A DNA stretch of 63,878 nt, filler included, from Sandaracinaceae bacterium (GTDB lineage: Bacteria > Myxococcota_A > Polyangia > Polyangiales > JADJQN01): assembly GCA_947483975.1 (NCBI GenBank). It is 7 parts of 7 records of this genome, joined end to end, with 100 filler letters (N's around TTAATTAATTAA, not from the genome) between each part and the next. Parts side by side here need not be neighbours in the genome. Positions count along the whole stretch, not along the records: positions 9,441 to 18,777 come from CANKOL010000207.1; positions 18,878 to 28,210 come from CANKOL010000208.1; positions 28,311 to 37,585 come from CANKOL010000209.1; 4 more parts are not named here. The stretch is one strand, 5' to 3'. Of the stretch, positions 16,508 through 30,712 are shown in pieces; positions within the stretch are counted from its first letter, which is position 1; every line of letters begins with the position of its first letter. The notes below the pieces were generated by a model that worked only from the letters and a program-made list of their open reading frames with translations, did no database searches and had not been told where the DNA came from. A program made the translations under genes and the position numbers.

Positions 16508-18196
16508 ATGATCAGCTTCCACGCCGACCCGAAGATCGCAGAGCAGCAGATGCACGCGATCATCTTCTACCTGACGACGTTCGGCTACATCGACGGCGAC
16601 TTCGATCAGAGCGAGAAGCTCTTCGTCCGCGAGTACGTGCGCAAGCTGGTCGAGCAGCGCGTCGCGAGCGGGATGCCCGGAGGAGATCCGGCGCTGAAGG
16701 CGGAGCTCGTGCAGAAATACACGACGCACTTCCACGAGGTGTTCGAGGGCACCGACAAGACGGTGAAGGATCTCTTCACGGAGGCTGTGTCGGAGGGAGA
16801 GGATCAGAACCACTTCGTCCACTCGAAGCTCAAGCTGCGCTGCTTCGAGATCTTTCAGAGCTTCGATGCTGCGGGGCAAGAGGCCCTGATGGAGACGATC
16901 GACGAGCTGATCATGGCGGACGGCACCGCGCATCCCGCGGAGGTGAAGTTCCGCGCGGAGCTCTCGGCGCTGCTCGAGGCGGACCTCGGCATCGAGCTGA
17001 TCGACGAGGGCGGCCACGGCCGCACGAGCGTCTCGGTCCGCGAGAAGACGAAGCTCCAGGCCGATCACGCGCACCCGTTCTTCGACCAGTTCGAGCACCA
17101 CTACTCGCGTGATCCGGAGAAGATCACGACGCAGGTCGCGGCGGATCTCGGCCTGATCGAGCGGGTCATGCGCACCTTCGAGCATCAGCGCGAGGGCAAC
17201 GAGGGGCGGCTCGTCGGCAAGAAGACCGTGCAGGACTTCGCGGGCTCGAAGCCCTTCCTCGACGGGCACGTCTACGTGCTCCCGGCGACGCACCCCGCGG
17301 GCTACGAGCTGACGGTGCTCGGCGACCTGCACGGCTGCTACTCGTGCCTGAAGGCGGCGCTGATGCAGTCGCGCTTCCTCGAGAAGGTCGAGGCGTTCCG
17401 CAAGGACCCGGAGCATCACGCCGACCCGAAGCTCGTCCTGCTCGGCGACTACATCGATCGCGGGATGTTCTCGCTCAACGGCGTGTTTCGCACCGTGATG
17501 CAGCTCCTCGCGACGGCGCCCGATCACGTCTACGCGCTGCGCGGCAATCACGAGTACTTCGTCGAACACCAGGGCAACATCTACGGCGGCGTGCGGCCCG
17601 CGGAGTCGATCAACTCGCTGAAGCCACACCAGCCGATCGACGTGTTCCGCAAGTACAGCAAGCTCTTCGACGCGATGCCGAACACGCTGCTGTTCGATCA
17701 GACGATGTTCGTGCACGCCGGTATTCCGCGGGATCGCCTGATCAAGGAGCGCGTGAAGGATCTCTCCGGGCTCAACGACTCGGAGGTGCGCTTTCAGATG
17801 ATGTGGAGCGATCCCTCGAGCGCCGACGTCATCCCGGCGGAGCTTCAAGAGACCTCGGCGCGCTTCGCGTTCGGGCGGCTGCAAGCGCAGGCGTTCTTGC
17901 AGCGCTTCGGGCTGCACACGCTGATCCGCGGTCACGAGAAGGTCGACGACGGCTTTCACCGCGTCTACGACGACGCGAATATGCTGCTGATCACGCTCTT
18001 CAGCGCGGGCGGCGAGACGAACGACGACCTCCCGCTCGACTCGAGCTATCGGAGCGTGACGCCCTCGGCGCTGACGCTCACGTGGAAGAACGGCGAGAGC
18101 ACGATCACGCCGTGGGCGATCGACTACGAGACGTACAACGACCCCAAGCGCAACGCGTTCTTCAAGGTGCCGGCGGAGCTGCCGCAGCTGAAGTAG
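16508..18196 (+). CDS. PPP-family Ser/Thr phosphatase with N-terminal TerB-like domain
   Basis: GDLHG, GDYIDRG, RGNHE, HAG, WSDP, RGHE, ITLFSA. N-terminal YIDGDFDQSE and MADGTAHPAE are TerB-type acidic loops. Confidence 0.85.
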   Translation: MISFHADPKIAEQQMHAIIFYLTTFGYIDGDFDQSEKLFVREYVRKLVEQRVASGMPGGDPALKAELVQKYTTHFHEVFEGTDKTVKDLFTEAVSEGEDQNHFVHSKLKLRCFEIFQSFDAAGQEALMETIDELIMADGTAHPAEVKFRAELSALLEADLGIELIDEGGHGRTSVSVREKTKLQADHAHPFFDQFEHHYSRDPEKITTQVAADLGLIERVMRTFEHQREGNEGRLVGKKTVQDFAGSKPFLDGHVYVLPATHPAGYELTVLGDLHGCYSCLKAALMQSRFLEKVEAFRKDPEHHADPKLVLLGDYIDRGMFSLNGVFRTVMQLLATAPDHVYALRGNHEYFVEHQGNIYGGVRPAESINSLKPHQPIDVFRKYSKLFDAMPNTLLFDQTMFVHAGIPRDRLIKERVKDLSGLNDSEVRFQMMWSDPSSADVIPAELQETSARFAFGRLQAQAFLQRFGLHTLIRGHEKVDDGFHRVYDDANMLLITLFSAGGETNDDLPLDSSYRSVTPSALTLTWKNGESTITPWAIDYETYNDPKRNAFFKVPAELPQLK

Positions 18197-18247
18197 CGCG
18201 CGCGCCGGCGTCGCCAAGCCGCTTCACGCGGCCACCGCGCGTCGCGT

Positions 18248-18777
18248 ATGCTGCGCGCGGTGAGACGGGGAAATCTGGAACCTGGTGAGCTGTTCGCCCG
18301 GGACTTCCGAGTGGAGCGGCGGCTCTCCGAGGGCGGGATGGGCGCCGTCTACGTCGCGAGGCAGCTCTCCACGGGCAAGCTGCGCGCGCTGAAGCTGATG
18401 CACCCGCAGCTCGTGCCGGACGCCAAGAGCCGCGCGCGCTTCGTCGAGGAGGCGCGCATCGGCGCGCGCATCGCGAGCGAGCACGTCGTCGAGGTCGTCG
18501 CCGCGGGCGTCGACGAGGAGAGCGGCGCGCCCTGGCTCGCGATGGAATTGCTCGACGGGGAGGACCTCTTCGGGGCGGTCGAGCGGCGCGGGCCGCTGCC
18601 GCCTGCAGATGTGCGCGAGGTCTTCCTTCAGCTCGGGCACGCGCTCGGCGCGGCGCACTCGCAGGGCATCATCCATCGCGACCTGAAGCCCGAGAATCTG
18701 TTCATCGCGCGCGCGCTCCGGCAAGACGCGGTGTCGACCGTCAAGGTGCTCGACTTCGGCATCGCGATGAGCACGCC
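18248..18777 (+). CDS. Hanks-type Ser/Thr kinase, truncated by contig end
   Basis: EGGMGAVY, ALKLM, HRDLKPEN, DFG. Confidence 0.9.
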
Positions 18778-18877
18778 NNNNNNNNNNNNNNNNNNNNNNN
18801 NNNNNNNNNNNNNNNNNNNNNTTAATTAATTAANNNNNNNNNNNNNNNNNNNNNNNNNNNNNNNNNNNNNNNNNNNN
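18778..18877. other. Artificial contig linker
   Basis: N44-TTAATTAATTAA-N44. Confidence 0.99.
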
Positions 18878-19440
18878 AGCCCCCAGACGCGGGCGCGCCC
18901 GTCGACCCGCTCGCGGCGCTCGACGCCCTCGACGCGCTCGTCGAGCGCGGCAACCTCGCCGCGGTCGAGGACGCGGGCGTAGCGACCGGGGTGCCGCCGC
19001 TCGCGGGGCTGCTCGCGCTGTCGGGGATGCTCGGCGGGATAGACCCGCACGGGCTCGCGCGGCTGCAGCAGGGCCAGCAGCCCGATCAGGACCCGCTGCT
19101 CGTCTCGCTCGATCCCATCAGCGACGGCCCCGCGCGGCTCAGCGCCGCGCACCTCGTCCACGTGTCGCTGCGCGACCGCCCGCGCTTCATCGCCGACCTG
19201 CATCGCGTGCTCGAGCGCCTCGCGCGCTGCCCCGCTCGACCAGCCGACGCGCACGTCGTGGTGCAGCTCGCGGTACAGCCACCTCGTCGGCCCTTCGTCA
19301 CGGTGGTGCCGAGCTCGACGGGCGACGCGGCGCCGACGCGCTGCGTGTCGGAGTCCCTGCGCGGCATCGATCTCGTCGGGAACCTCACCTCGCGCACGGG
19401 CGGCGCGGCGATGCTCGAGTTCGAGCTGCCCGTACGCTGA
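18878..19440 (+). CDS. Hypothetical protein, C-terminal part
   Basis: Frame with GC3 bias running from near the contig start to stop 19440; two Cys in the C-terminal domain. Confidence 0.5.
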
Positions 19441-19596
19441 CCCCCAGAGAGTCGCGCGCGGCCCGGCGCTCGGCCCGGCGCTCTCCGAGGTTGACCCCCG
19501 CGCGGCTCCCACGTAGCGTGGCTGGCCTTTCTAGGCTTTCCAAGTCCTCGAACGGATCCGCGTCACCTTCTATTTTCACCTTCTCGGGGGAACACC

Positions 19597-20511
19597 ATGA
19601 AGTACGTTCTGCGCCTCACCATGCTCATCGGCGGCTGTCTGGCGCTGCAGGCCTGCTGCTTCGGAAGCTCCCAGCCCGCGAGCGGGCCGGGCGCGCCCAC
19701 ACCGCCCGGCGCGCCGGCGTTCGGTCTCCCCGTGCCCTCGAGCGCGCCGGTGCCTCCGGGCGCTCCGGCGGTCGGCCAGGTGCCCGCGGGCGCCACCCCG
19801 CCGGGCGGCTTCACGGCCATGCAGCTGCCGAGCGTCCCGATGCCGTATGCGCCGAACAGCTTCGTCTGGGCGGGCTTCTCCAACACGCCGGACTGGTCTC
19901 AGTGGTCGTTCGGGCGCGTGCGCTTCATCGGCGCCGAGGGGAACCACGCGAAGGTGCAGGCGATGTTTCGAGAGCGCCTCACGCCGTCGGCGTTCGTCAG
20001 CCCCGCGATCGCGCCCGCGGCGCTCGCGCCCGGCGCGCCCGTCCTCTACGCGACGGCGATGCCGATCTACGGGCGCGTGATCAGCGTCGCTGGCGCGCAG
20101 GCGCAGATCGCGAACGGGCAAGCGGCTTCGTATCGGACGGCGCCACGCGACCTCGAGACGGTCCTCGCGCTCCAGCCGAACACGTGGACCGCGGGGCATC
20201 CCGTCGCGCTCGCCGAGGGCGCGAAGCGCTACGCGTGCATCCTCTTGGCGGCGACGCCTGAGAAGGTCTGGGGAGTCTGCTCAGGGCATCTGCACGAGGG
20301 CGCACGCGCCGACGCGCGCCTGATCGATCCGGTGGCGCACCTCGCCACGGGCGCGCGCGTGCTCGCGCAATCGATGAGCGGCATGGGCCAGCAGTCGCTC
20401 GAAGCCGGCAGCGTCACGGCCGTGCTGAACGACGGCAACGCGTACACCGTGACGACGACCGAGGGGCGCACCTTCGACGTGCCGTGGCCGATGGTGATGG
20501 CGGCGCCGTAG
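19597..20511 (+). CDS. Lipoprotein with Pro-rich linker and repeated small beta-barrel-like modules
   Basis: Lipobox LQAC; about four modules of the form (P/A/T)G..V....(GRV/GSV). Confidence 0.75.
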   Translation: MKYVLRLTMLIGGCLALQACCFGSSQPASGPGAPTPPGAPAFGLPVPSSAPVPPGAPAVGQVPAGATPPGGFTAMQLPSVPMPYAPNSFVWAGFSNTPDWSQWSFGRVRFIGAEGNHAKVQAMFRERLTPSAFVSPAIAPAALAPGAPVLYATAMPIYGRVISVAGAQAQIANGQAASYRTAPRDLETVLALQPNTWTAGHPVALAEGAKRYACILLAATPEKVWGVCSGHLHEGARADARLIDPVAHLATGARVLAQSMSGMGQQSLEAGSVTAVLNDGNAYTVTTTEGRTFDVPWPMVMAAP

Positions 20512-20619
20512 CGCCACGGGCGGGCTACGCGCTGACAGAGCCTCGACGAGAGCCGAGGCTCGAGCCGGCCGTGCCCGCCTCTCACGTCGTCGACTCCGCC
20601 GCCGAGTACCAAGTCGCTC

Positions 20620-20988
20620 CTAGCCTCCCTGAAGCCAGGCTCTCGCCCCTTCGATGTCGGGGAAGATCTGCAGAGGATACTTGGAGAAGGGCAGAGAGCC
20701 GTAGTGCTTCACCAGCTCGATGATGCGGGGATTGTCGGTGACGACGGCGATCTTGATGTTCGAGTTCGTGAAATAGGCGCCTGCCCCGTACGCGGCGAAC
20801 TGCTTCACGTCCTGCAGGCTGATGTCGAAATCGCGAACATCGGAGAAGTCGTTCAAGGAATAACGTACGGAGTCGAAGCGGCTGTCGCCCTGGAGCGAGT
20901 GAATGGACTCGAGGAATTCAGGGGTGCTGACGGATCCGTAGAATCGCTTGTGAAGGCCCTTGGGTTCCCAGATGAGCTCGAACGGCAT
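20620..20988 (-). CDS. STAS/SpoIIAA-like small protein
   Basis: 122 aa, LNDFSDV..IKIAVV..QIFPDIEGARAWL. Visibly lower GC than its neighbours. Confidence 0.7.
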   Translation of the reverse strand: MPFELIWEPKGLHKRFYGSVSTPEFLESIHSLQGDSRFDSVRYSLNDFSDVRDFDISLQDVKQFAAYGAGAYFTNSNIKIAVVTDNPRIIELVKHYGSLPFSKYPLQIFPDIEGARAWLQGG

Positions 20989-21150
20989 GAAGGCTTCCTC
21001 GGATGTGGTCGCGCGGAGGATGGCGCGAACCGCCGACGGATCAACTCCCGAGGCGGCAGGGCCCGCTCGGGGTCACGAGAGACCTGAGGCGACGGCGTGC
21101 GCTCACGGGGGCGCACGCCGAGGTGCTGGGCGCGCGGAGCCTCGTCGCGC

Positions 21151-22902
21151 TCAGAACCCGCGCTCGAGCGCGCCGACGGTGCACGGCGTCGGGCGCGGGT
21201 GCCCCGCCTGGTCGGTCGCTGGGCAGTCGGTGCCGATGCGCACGACCGAGTCCGGCGCCATCGTCGGCACGGTGAGCGTCGCCCCACCGTGGTCGCCGAG
21301 GGTGCCCATCATCGGGTCCGCGAACGTGATCTCCGGGGCGCAGGGAGGGTCCATGCCGCTGGTCGGATAGGAGACCGGCCACTGCAGCGAGTTGCTGCTG
21401 GTGCCCGGGCTCCCACAGGAGGCGTTCGCGTTGCGGTCGTCGTCGAAGTTGTTCGCGACGATGCAGTTGTTCCACGCGAAGGGCGACCCGAAGCTCGCCG
21501 CCGCGAAGGCCGCGTAGTCCACGCCGTGGGCCTCGTTGGCGACCACGGTGCAGTTCGTCAGCGTGCCAGCGGGGAGCCGCCCGGCCGCACCGTAGTTGAA
21601 CACCGCGAAGGCGCCGCCGACGCCCGTCGTCGCGATGTTCGCCACGAGCGTGACGTTGGTGAAGTCGAAGAGCGTGCCGTCCGCCTGAAACGCGCCGCCG
21701 CTCGGCGCCGAGTTGCCCGAGAACGTGCAACTCGTGACGTTCAGCGCGCTGTTGTGGAGGTACATCGCGCCGCCTCCGGCGTTCGGCGCGGCGTTCGCCT
21801 CGAAGGTGCTCTGGTCGACGTTGGTGGTCTGCGTCGAGACATCGGGCGTGCGGAAGAGTCCGCCGCCGAGCGCGCCCGCGGTGTTCCGCGCGAGCACGCA
21901 GCCACAGATCGTGAGCGTGCCGTCGTCGCCGCCGTCGAGGTAGACGCCGCCGCCGTTGCCGCCGTTGCCGATCTCGCCGCCGTTGATCGCCGCGGGGCAC
22001 CTCATCGTGTCGATGGAGTTCGCGCCGGTGCCCGTCGCGGAGTTGCCGTCCACCGTGTCGTTGACGAGCTTGAGGTCGCTGTTGAGGCACGCGATGGCGC
22101 CGCCGTTCGCCGCGCTGTTGCCGGTGAAGGTGCTGCCGACGATGGTCACGTCGGTGGAGCCCGTCGCGTAGACGGCGCCGCCGGCGACGTCGGGCCCGAC
22201 CTGCGCCGCCTGGTTGTCCGTGAACGTGCAGTCGAGCACGTGCAGCACGCCGCTGCCGACGAGGATCGCCCCGCCGCCGCCGTCGATGCCGGTGCCGCGC
22301 GAGCACGCCGCGGGCGCGTCTGCGGGGACCACGATCTCCGTGCCGCTCGCGCGCCCGTGCGCGAAGCTCAGGTGCTGCACCGTCAGGCTGTGCTGTGGCC
22401 CGCCGTAGTGCCCGCGGTAGTTGCCCGACTGGAAGTGCAGGATGCGCGTCGTCCCGCCGCCGTCGAGGGTCACGGTGCCGCCGCCGTCGATCACGGTGTC
22501 GCGATCGGTCGGGAGCGTCAGCTCCGCGGTGAGCGTGAAGGTCGTCGGGGCGCCGCAATCGAAGGTGATGACGCCGCCCGCCGCGACCGCAGCGGCGAGC
22601 GCGGCGACGGTGCAGCTCGCGGGAGCGCCCATCCCGACGACGGTCGTCGGGACCGAGACGTCGGCCGCGGTGAGCGGCAACGCGCAGACGGCGCTCGGGG
22701 TCGCGGCGTCGGGCGTCCCAGCGTCCGGCGTCGAGGCGTCGACCGGCTCCGAGCCGTCGCGCGGCACGTCGGCGTCCGTCGCGAAGGCGTCACGCCCCGC
22801 GTCGCCCGGGCTCGAGGTCGCAGGGTCGCCGCACGCGACGAGCATCAGGGTGAGCGAAAGCAGCGAACAGGCGCGCGTCTGAGATGCGTGGGAAACGAAC
22901 AT
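21151..22902 (-). CDS. Beta-helix lipoprotein with Pmp-type GGA(I/V/F)/FxxN repeats
   Basis: Lipobox LVAC; repeated GGGAI, FTDN, GGAV, FTGN, FSGN; C-terminal DPMMGTLGDHGG..TDQAGHPR..GALE. Confidence 0.85.
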   Translation of the reverse strand: MFVSHASQTRACSLLSLTLMLVACGDPATSSPGDAGRDAFATDADVPRDGSEPVDASTPDAGTPDAATPSAVCALPLTAADVSVPTTVVGMGAPASCTVAALAAAVAAGGVITFDCGAPTTFTLTAELTLPTDRDTVIDGGGTVTLDGGGTTRILHFQSGNYRGHYGGPQHSLTVQHLSFAHGRASGTEIVVPADAPAACSRGTGIDGGGGAILVGSGVLHVLDCTFTDNQAAQVGPDVAGGAVYATGSTDVTIVGSTFTGNSAANGGAIACLNSDLKLVNDTVDGNSATGTGANSIDTMRCPAAINGGEIGNGGNGGGVYLDGGDDGTLTICGCVLARNTAGALGGGLFRTPDVSTQTTNVDQSTFEANAAPNAGGGAMYLHNSALNVTSCTFSGNSAPSGGAFQADGTLFDFTNVTLVANIATTGVGGAFAVFNYGAAGRLPAGTLTNCTVVANEAHGVDYAAFAAASFGSPFAWNNCIVANNFDDDRNANASCGSPGTSSNSLQWPVSYPTSGMDPPCAPEITFADPMMGTLGDHGGATLTVPTMAPDSVVRIGTDCPATDQAGHPRPTPCTVGALERGF

Positions 22903-23155
22903 CGAATGTCATCCTTCGGGGAGTGAGGGGTACCGACGAGGCTGCGTGGCGTGGCGTCGCGTCACAGGACCTCGCGGACGCTGACGTGGGCCTCCTGCGG
23001 GCCCGGACGAACGCCGCGAGAGCGCGAGCGATAGCACGCCGCGCGCGTCCCCTGCGCGCCGTGTGCAGACGGGGAGTTCGGTCGCGCTCCGAGGGTGCCC
23101 CGGCGAGCCCGGTGCCGCAGCGGGCGGAGGTTCCCGAACGCTGACTTGGCCCTGA

Positions 23156-23272
23156 GGGTCCCGGGACCCCACCGGCCGTTTTCAAAAACCGCTCGCCGGG
23201 TCCCGGGACCCCACCGGCCGTTTTCAAAAACCGCTCGCCGGGTCCCGGGACCCCACCCGGCGTTTTCAAAAG
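23156..23272. repeat. 42-bp tandem repeat, ~2.8 copies, with palindrome GGGTCCCGGGACCC
   Basis: Units at 23156, 23198, 23240: GGGTCCCGGGACCCCACCGGCCGTTTTCAAAAACCGCTCGCC. Confidence 0.92.
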
Positions 23273-23446
23273 TCGCCTGCCGCGTGCCGCGAGCCGACGC
23301 GTCGATCGTGCGCGCGAGTGCGTCGGCTCACTGAGCCGCTCTGCGGATTTGCACGGCGGCGGAGGCGGCTGCGAGCCTGGCCGAGAGAATTTTCGGTCTC
23401 CGCGATGGGTCGCGCGGCCGGCCCCGCCGCGGGTCGAGACGACGAG

Positions 23447-23525
23447 CTGACCCCGACCGAGGTTGAGGTCAGCCGCCCTGAACCCGACCGACGTTGAGGT
23501 CCGCCACCGCGCTGAACCCGACCGT
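23447..23525. repeat. Three copies of CTGAMCCCGACCG, 31-34 bp apart, just downstream of metH
   Basis: Copies at 23447, 23478, 23512; the first two continue with ASGTTGAGGTC. Confidence 0.7.
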
Positions 23526-23539
23526 CGACGCGCAGAAGC

Positions 23540-27247
<3,708 letters not shown>

Positions 27248-27369
27248 CGGGGTCCTCGGGGGCGCAGCGGCGGACGGTCCGTCCGTCGCAGCGGAGGGCG
27301 TGATCGTGGCTTCGCGGCGGCAATGGTCAAGGGCGGTGCGAGCGCCGTGGAGCCGCACGGGCAAGCCCC

Positions 27370-27407
27370 AAACGAAAACGCCGCCGTCTTCGAGGAAGAC
27401 GACGGCG
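27370..27407 (-). terminator. Probable rho-independent terminator
   Basis: Minus strand CGCCGTCGTCTTC-CTC-GAAGACGGCGGCG followed by TTTTCGTTT, about 30 nt after the stop at 27440. Confidence 0.7.
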
Positions 27408-27439
27408 CGGTCGGTGTGTGGCTCAGCGAGCCGGAGGGC

Positions 27440-28156
<717 letters not shown>

Positions 28157-28210
28157 GGGCAGTCCGTCACGCACCGAGGCGCGCATCAGCGGCGGCTCCG
28201 GCGGCGCGCC

Positions 28211-28310
28211 NNNNNNNNNNNNNNNNNNNNNNNNNNNNNNNNNNNNNNNNNNNNTTAATTAATTAANNNNNNNNNNNNNNNNNNNNNNNNNNNNNNNNNN
28301 NNNNNNNNNN
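28211..28310. other. Artificial contig linker
   Basis: N44-TTAATTAATTAA-N44. Confidence 0.99.
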
Positions 28311-28373
28311 CATCTTCGGCACGCCACGGTACAGTCACGCGACGCGGAAGGCTAGGGGCGGCGCGGCGATCTC

Positions 28374-29399
28374 TCAGGGCTGCGCGGGCGTGTCGTGATG
28401 CGGGCGACCCATCGCGTGAAACGGCGGGCCGAGGCGCGAGCCGGGCGACGGCACGGGCACGGGCGGCGTCGCGGGCGCGTCGAGGTCGCGCGCGCAGCGG
28501 AAGCCGAAGCGATGCGGCCCACGGTTGGGCGCGCCCGCGCCGCGCCGCGCGTGCGAGGTCGCGCGGCTGATCGGGTACCACCACGAGCCGCCGCGCACGG
28601 ACTTCTGCGCGCGCGCCTGCGGGCAGAGGTCCGCGCCGTCGCAGAGCCCGCGCGGGTTGCGCCCTTCACAGCTCGCGCCGCACGCGGCGTACGAGGTGCT
28701 GTACCAGTCCTGCACCCACTCCCAGACGTTCCCCGAGATCTCGTAGAGGCCCCAGTAGCCGACGGGCGTCGACATCACCTCCCACGTCGTGCCGCGCCCG
28801 CAGCCCTTGCCGTCGCTCGTCTCGACGACGCTGTGCGTGCAGGGCCGCGCCTCGTCGCCCCACGGGAACCGCGTGCTCGTCGGGCCGCCCGACGCGCGCT
28901 CGAACTCCATCTCCGTCGGCAGGCGCTCGCCGACGACCGCGCAGTAGGCCGAGGCGTCGTACCAAGACACGCCGACCTTCGGCTGCCGCGGGCGCATATA
29001 GCCGCGGAACGGGATCGGCCGGTTGCAGTAGCCCGCCTCGATGCACCGCTCGTAGTCGGCGTTCGTCACCTCGTGCACGTCCATCAAGAACGTGTCGACG
29101 GTGACAGTCGCCAAGGGGCGCTCATCGGGCAGTCCGTCGAGCGAGCCGCGCACGAAGCTCCCGCCCGCCACGCACGCGAGGCCCTCGGGCAGCGTCGAGG
29201 GACAAGCGCGCACCGCGCCCGGGTCCTGCGCGGGCGGCGCGTCGAGCGCAGGCGCAGCGTCGACCGCAGGCGCAGCGTCGAGCGCTGGCTCACGCGCGCG
29301 CCGCTCGCGCTGAGGACGGATGCGCGCGTCGGCGCGCGTCACGACGAGCGCGAACGCGACCAAGCCGAGCGCGACGACGAGCAGCGGTGCGCGCCTCAC
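28374..29399 (-). CDS. FGE-sulfatase (SUMF1) domain protein, exported
   Basis: GGSFVRGS, HEVTNADY, RLPTEMEFE, GLYEISGNVWEWVQD, RGGSW, GFRCA. GTGA overlap with the upstream gene. Confidence 0.9.
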   Translation of the reverse strand: MRRAPLLVVALGLVAFALVVTRADARIRPQRERRAREPALDAAPAVDAAPALDAPPAQDPGAVRACPSTLPEGLACVAGGSFVRGSLDGLPDERPLATVTVDTFLMDVHEVTNADYERCIEAGYCNRPIPFRGYMRPRQPKVGVSWYDASAYCAVVGERLPTEMEFERASGGPTSTRFPWGDEARPCTHSVVETSDGKGCGRGTTWEVMSTPVGYWGLYEISGNVWEWVQDWYSTSYAACGASCEGRNPRGLCDGADLCPQARAQKSVRGGSWWYPISRATSHARRGAGAPNRGPHRFGFRCARDLDAPATPPVPVPSPGSRLGPPFHAMGRPHHDTPAQP

Positions 29400-30592
29400 G
29401 GGGCCGCCACGCGCTGCGCGATGCGGCTCGGGAACGGCGCCAGCCCGCGCGCCGGACCGCGCATCGCCCGCGTCACCGTGCCGAAGTTCGACGCCGGGTT
29501 CCAGAAGAGAAAGCCGTTCGCGCCCGCCTGCCGCGCGGCGCGGATCTGCCCCGCGACGAAGTTCTCGTCGTAGGTGTCCGTGCCCGCCGAGAACGCCTGC
29601 AAGAACGGGCGAATCACGGGCTGCGTGCCGAGGCGCTCGCGCAGGCGCTGCGTCGCTGCGAAGACGAACGACGCGCCCCGCTCGAGCTCGCCGCTGCCCT
29701 GCCAGCTCTTGAAATTGTTGGCGTAGAGCATCGGCGTGAAGACCTCGACGTAGCGCGCCCAGTCCTCCGCGGACTGCCCGAGCCCCGCGGGGTCCCCGAC
29801 GCGCAGCGCGCTGAGCCCGAAGATGTCCACGCCGAGCGGGACGTGGATCGCCTCGTCCACCATCCGCAGCATCGACGCGATGTACTCCCAGTGCCGCGCG
29901 CCCTGCCGCTCGTGCTGAAACACCGCGTAGGACGTGCCCTGATCGACCGGGAAGCGAACGTAGTCGAGCTGAACCTCGTCGAAGCCCAAGCCCGCGACCT
30001 CGACGGCGAGGTCCCGGATCAGCGCGTGATTCTCGGGGTTGCTCGGGTCGAGCCAGGTGTTGCCCGTGCCCCAGGAGATCCACGGCAGGCTCTCGTGTCG
30101 CGGACGTCCGTCGAGGATCGCGCGCTCCGGGTGCGCGCGCGGCACGATCGGGTCGTTGAAGCAGACGATGCGCCCGATCGTGTAGATGCCCTCCGCCTTC
30201 AAGCGGGCGACGAGCGCGCGCGCGTCCCCGAGCATCGGCGCCCGGGACGCTCGAAACAGCGGCACCTGCGTGTCGAAGAGCACGCGCCCCTGATCGTCCT
30301 TGAGGTCGATCACCGCCGCGTTGAGGTTCCCCTGCCGCAGGGAGCTGAGCACGCCCTCGACGCCGTAGCGTCGGATGTACGGCCCGGTGAAATACAGCCC
30401 GCGCGCCTGCCGCCCTTGCGCCGACACGGGATCGTCGAAGGACGCCCCTCCGCGCGCGTCGGGCGGGCTCTCGAGCGAGCGCCGCACGGGGGCGTTTCCC
30501 TGCGTGGGCTCGTCCGCGCGAACGGGCGTGTGACAGGCGAGCGCGAGCACGGACGAGAGCGCGAGGAGCGCGAAGAGCTTTCGACTGGCCAT
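29396..30592 (-). CDS. Putative glycoside hydrolase (DUF4015-like) lipoprotein
   Basis: Lipobox ALAC; ARGLY, NAAVIDLKDDQG, IGRIVCFND, WLDP, GFDEVQLDYVRFP. Confidence 0.8.
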   Translation of the reverse strand: MASRKLFALLALSSVLALACHTPVRADEPTQGNAPVRRSLESPPDARGGASFDDPVSAQGRQARGLYFTGPYIRRYGVEGVLSSLRQGNLNAAVIDLKDDQGRVLFDTQVPLFRASRAPMLGDARALVARLKAEGIYTIGRIVCFNDPIVPRAHPERAILDGRPRHESLPWISWGTGNTWLDPSNPENHALIRDLAVEVAGLGFDEVQLDYVRFPVDQGTSYAVFQHERQGARHWEYIASMLRMVDEAIHVPLGVDIFGLSALRVGDPAGLGQSAEDWARYVEVFTPMLYANNFKSWQGSGELERGASFVFAATQRLRERLGTQPVIRPFLQAFSAGTDTYDENFVAGQIRAARQAGANGFLFWNPASNFGTVTRAMRGPARGLAPFPSRIAQRVAAP

Positions 30593-30712
30593 CGCCCTCA
30601 GCATCGCGCCGTTCGAGGGGAAGTGTGCAGTTTCTGCGGGCACTCCAGCGGGACCCGGCAACGGCGAAAAGCTGCAAACGGCGGCGAAGCGGGCTAGGCT
30701 CTGCCGCTCGCG

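Noticed and set aside
15518..18217. Two ~900-aa fully overlapping antisense ORFs
   Set aside because: High-GC shadow frames; they resolve into two divergent genes starting at 16444 and 16508.
27248..27439. SAM or cobalamin riboswitch upstream of metH
   Set aside because: No recognisable aptamer motif; the hairpin is explained as the terminator of the upstream gene.
28374..29399. FGE-sulfatase gene as a DGR target
   Set aside because: No duplicate of its 3' end and no reverse transcriptase were seen.
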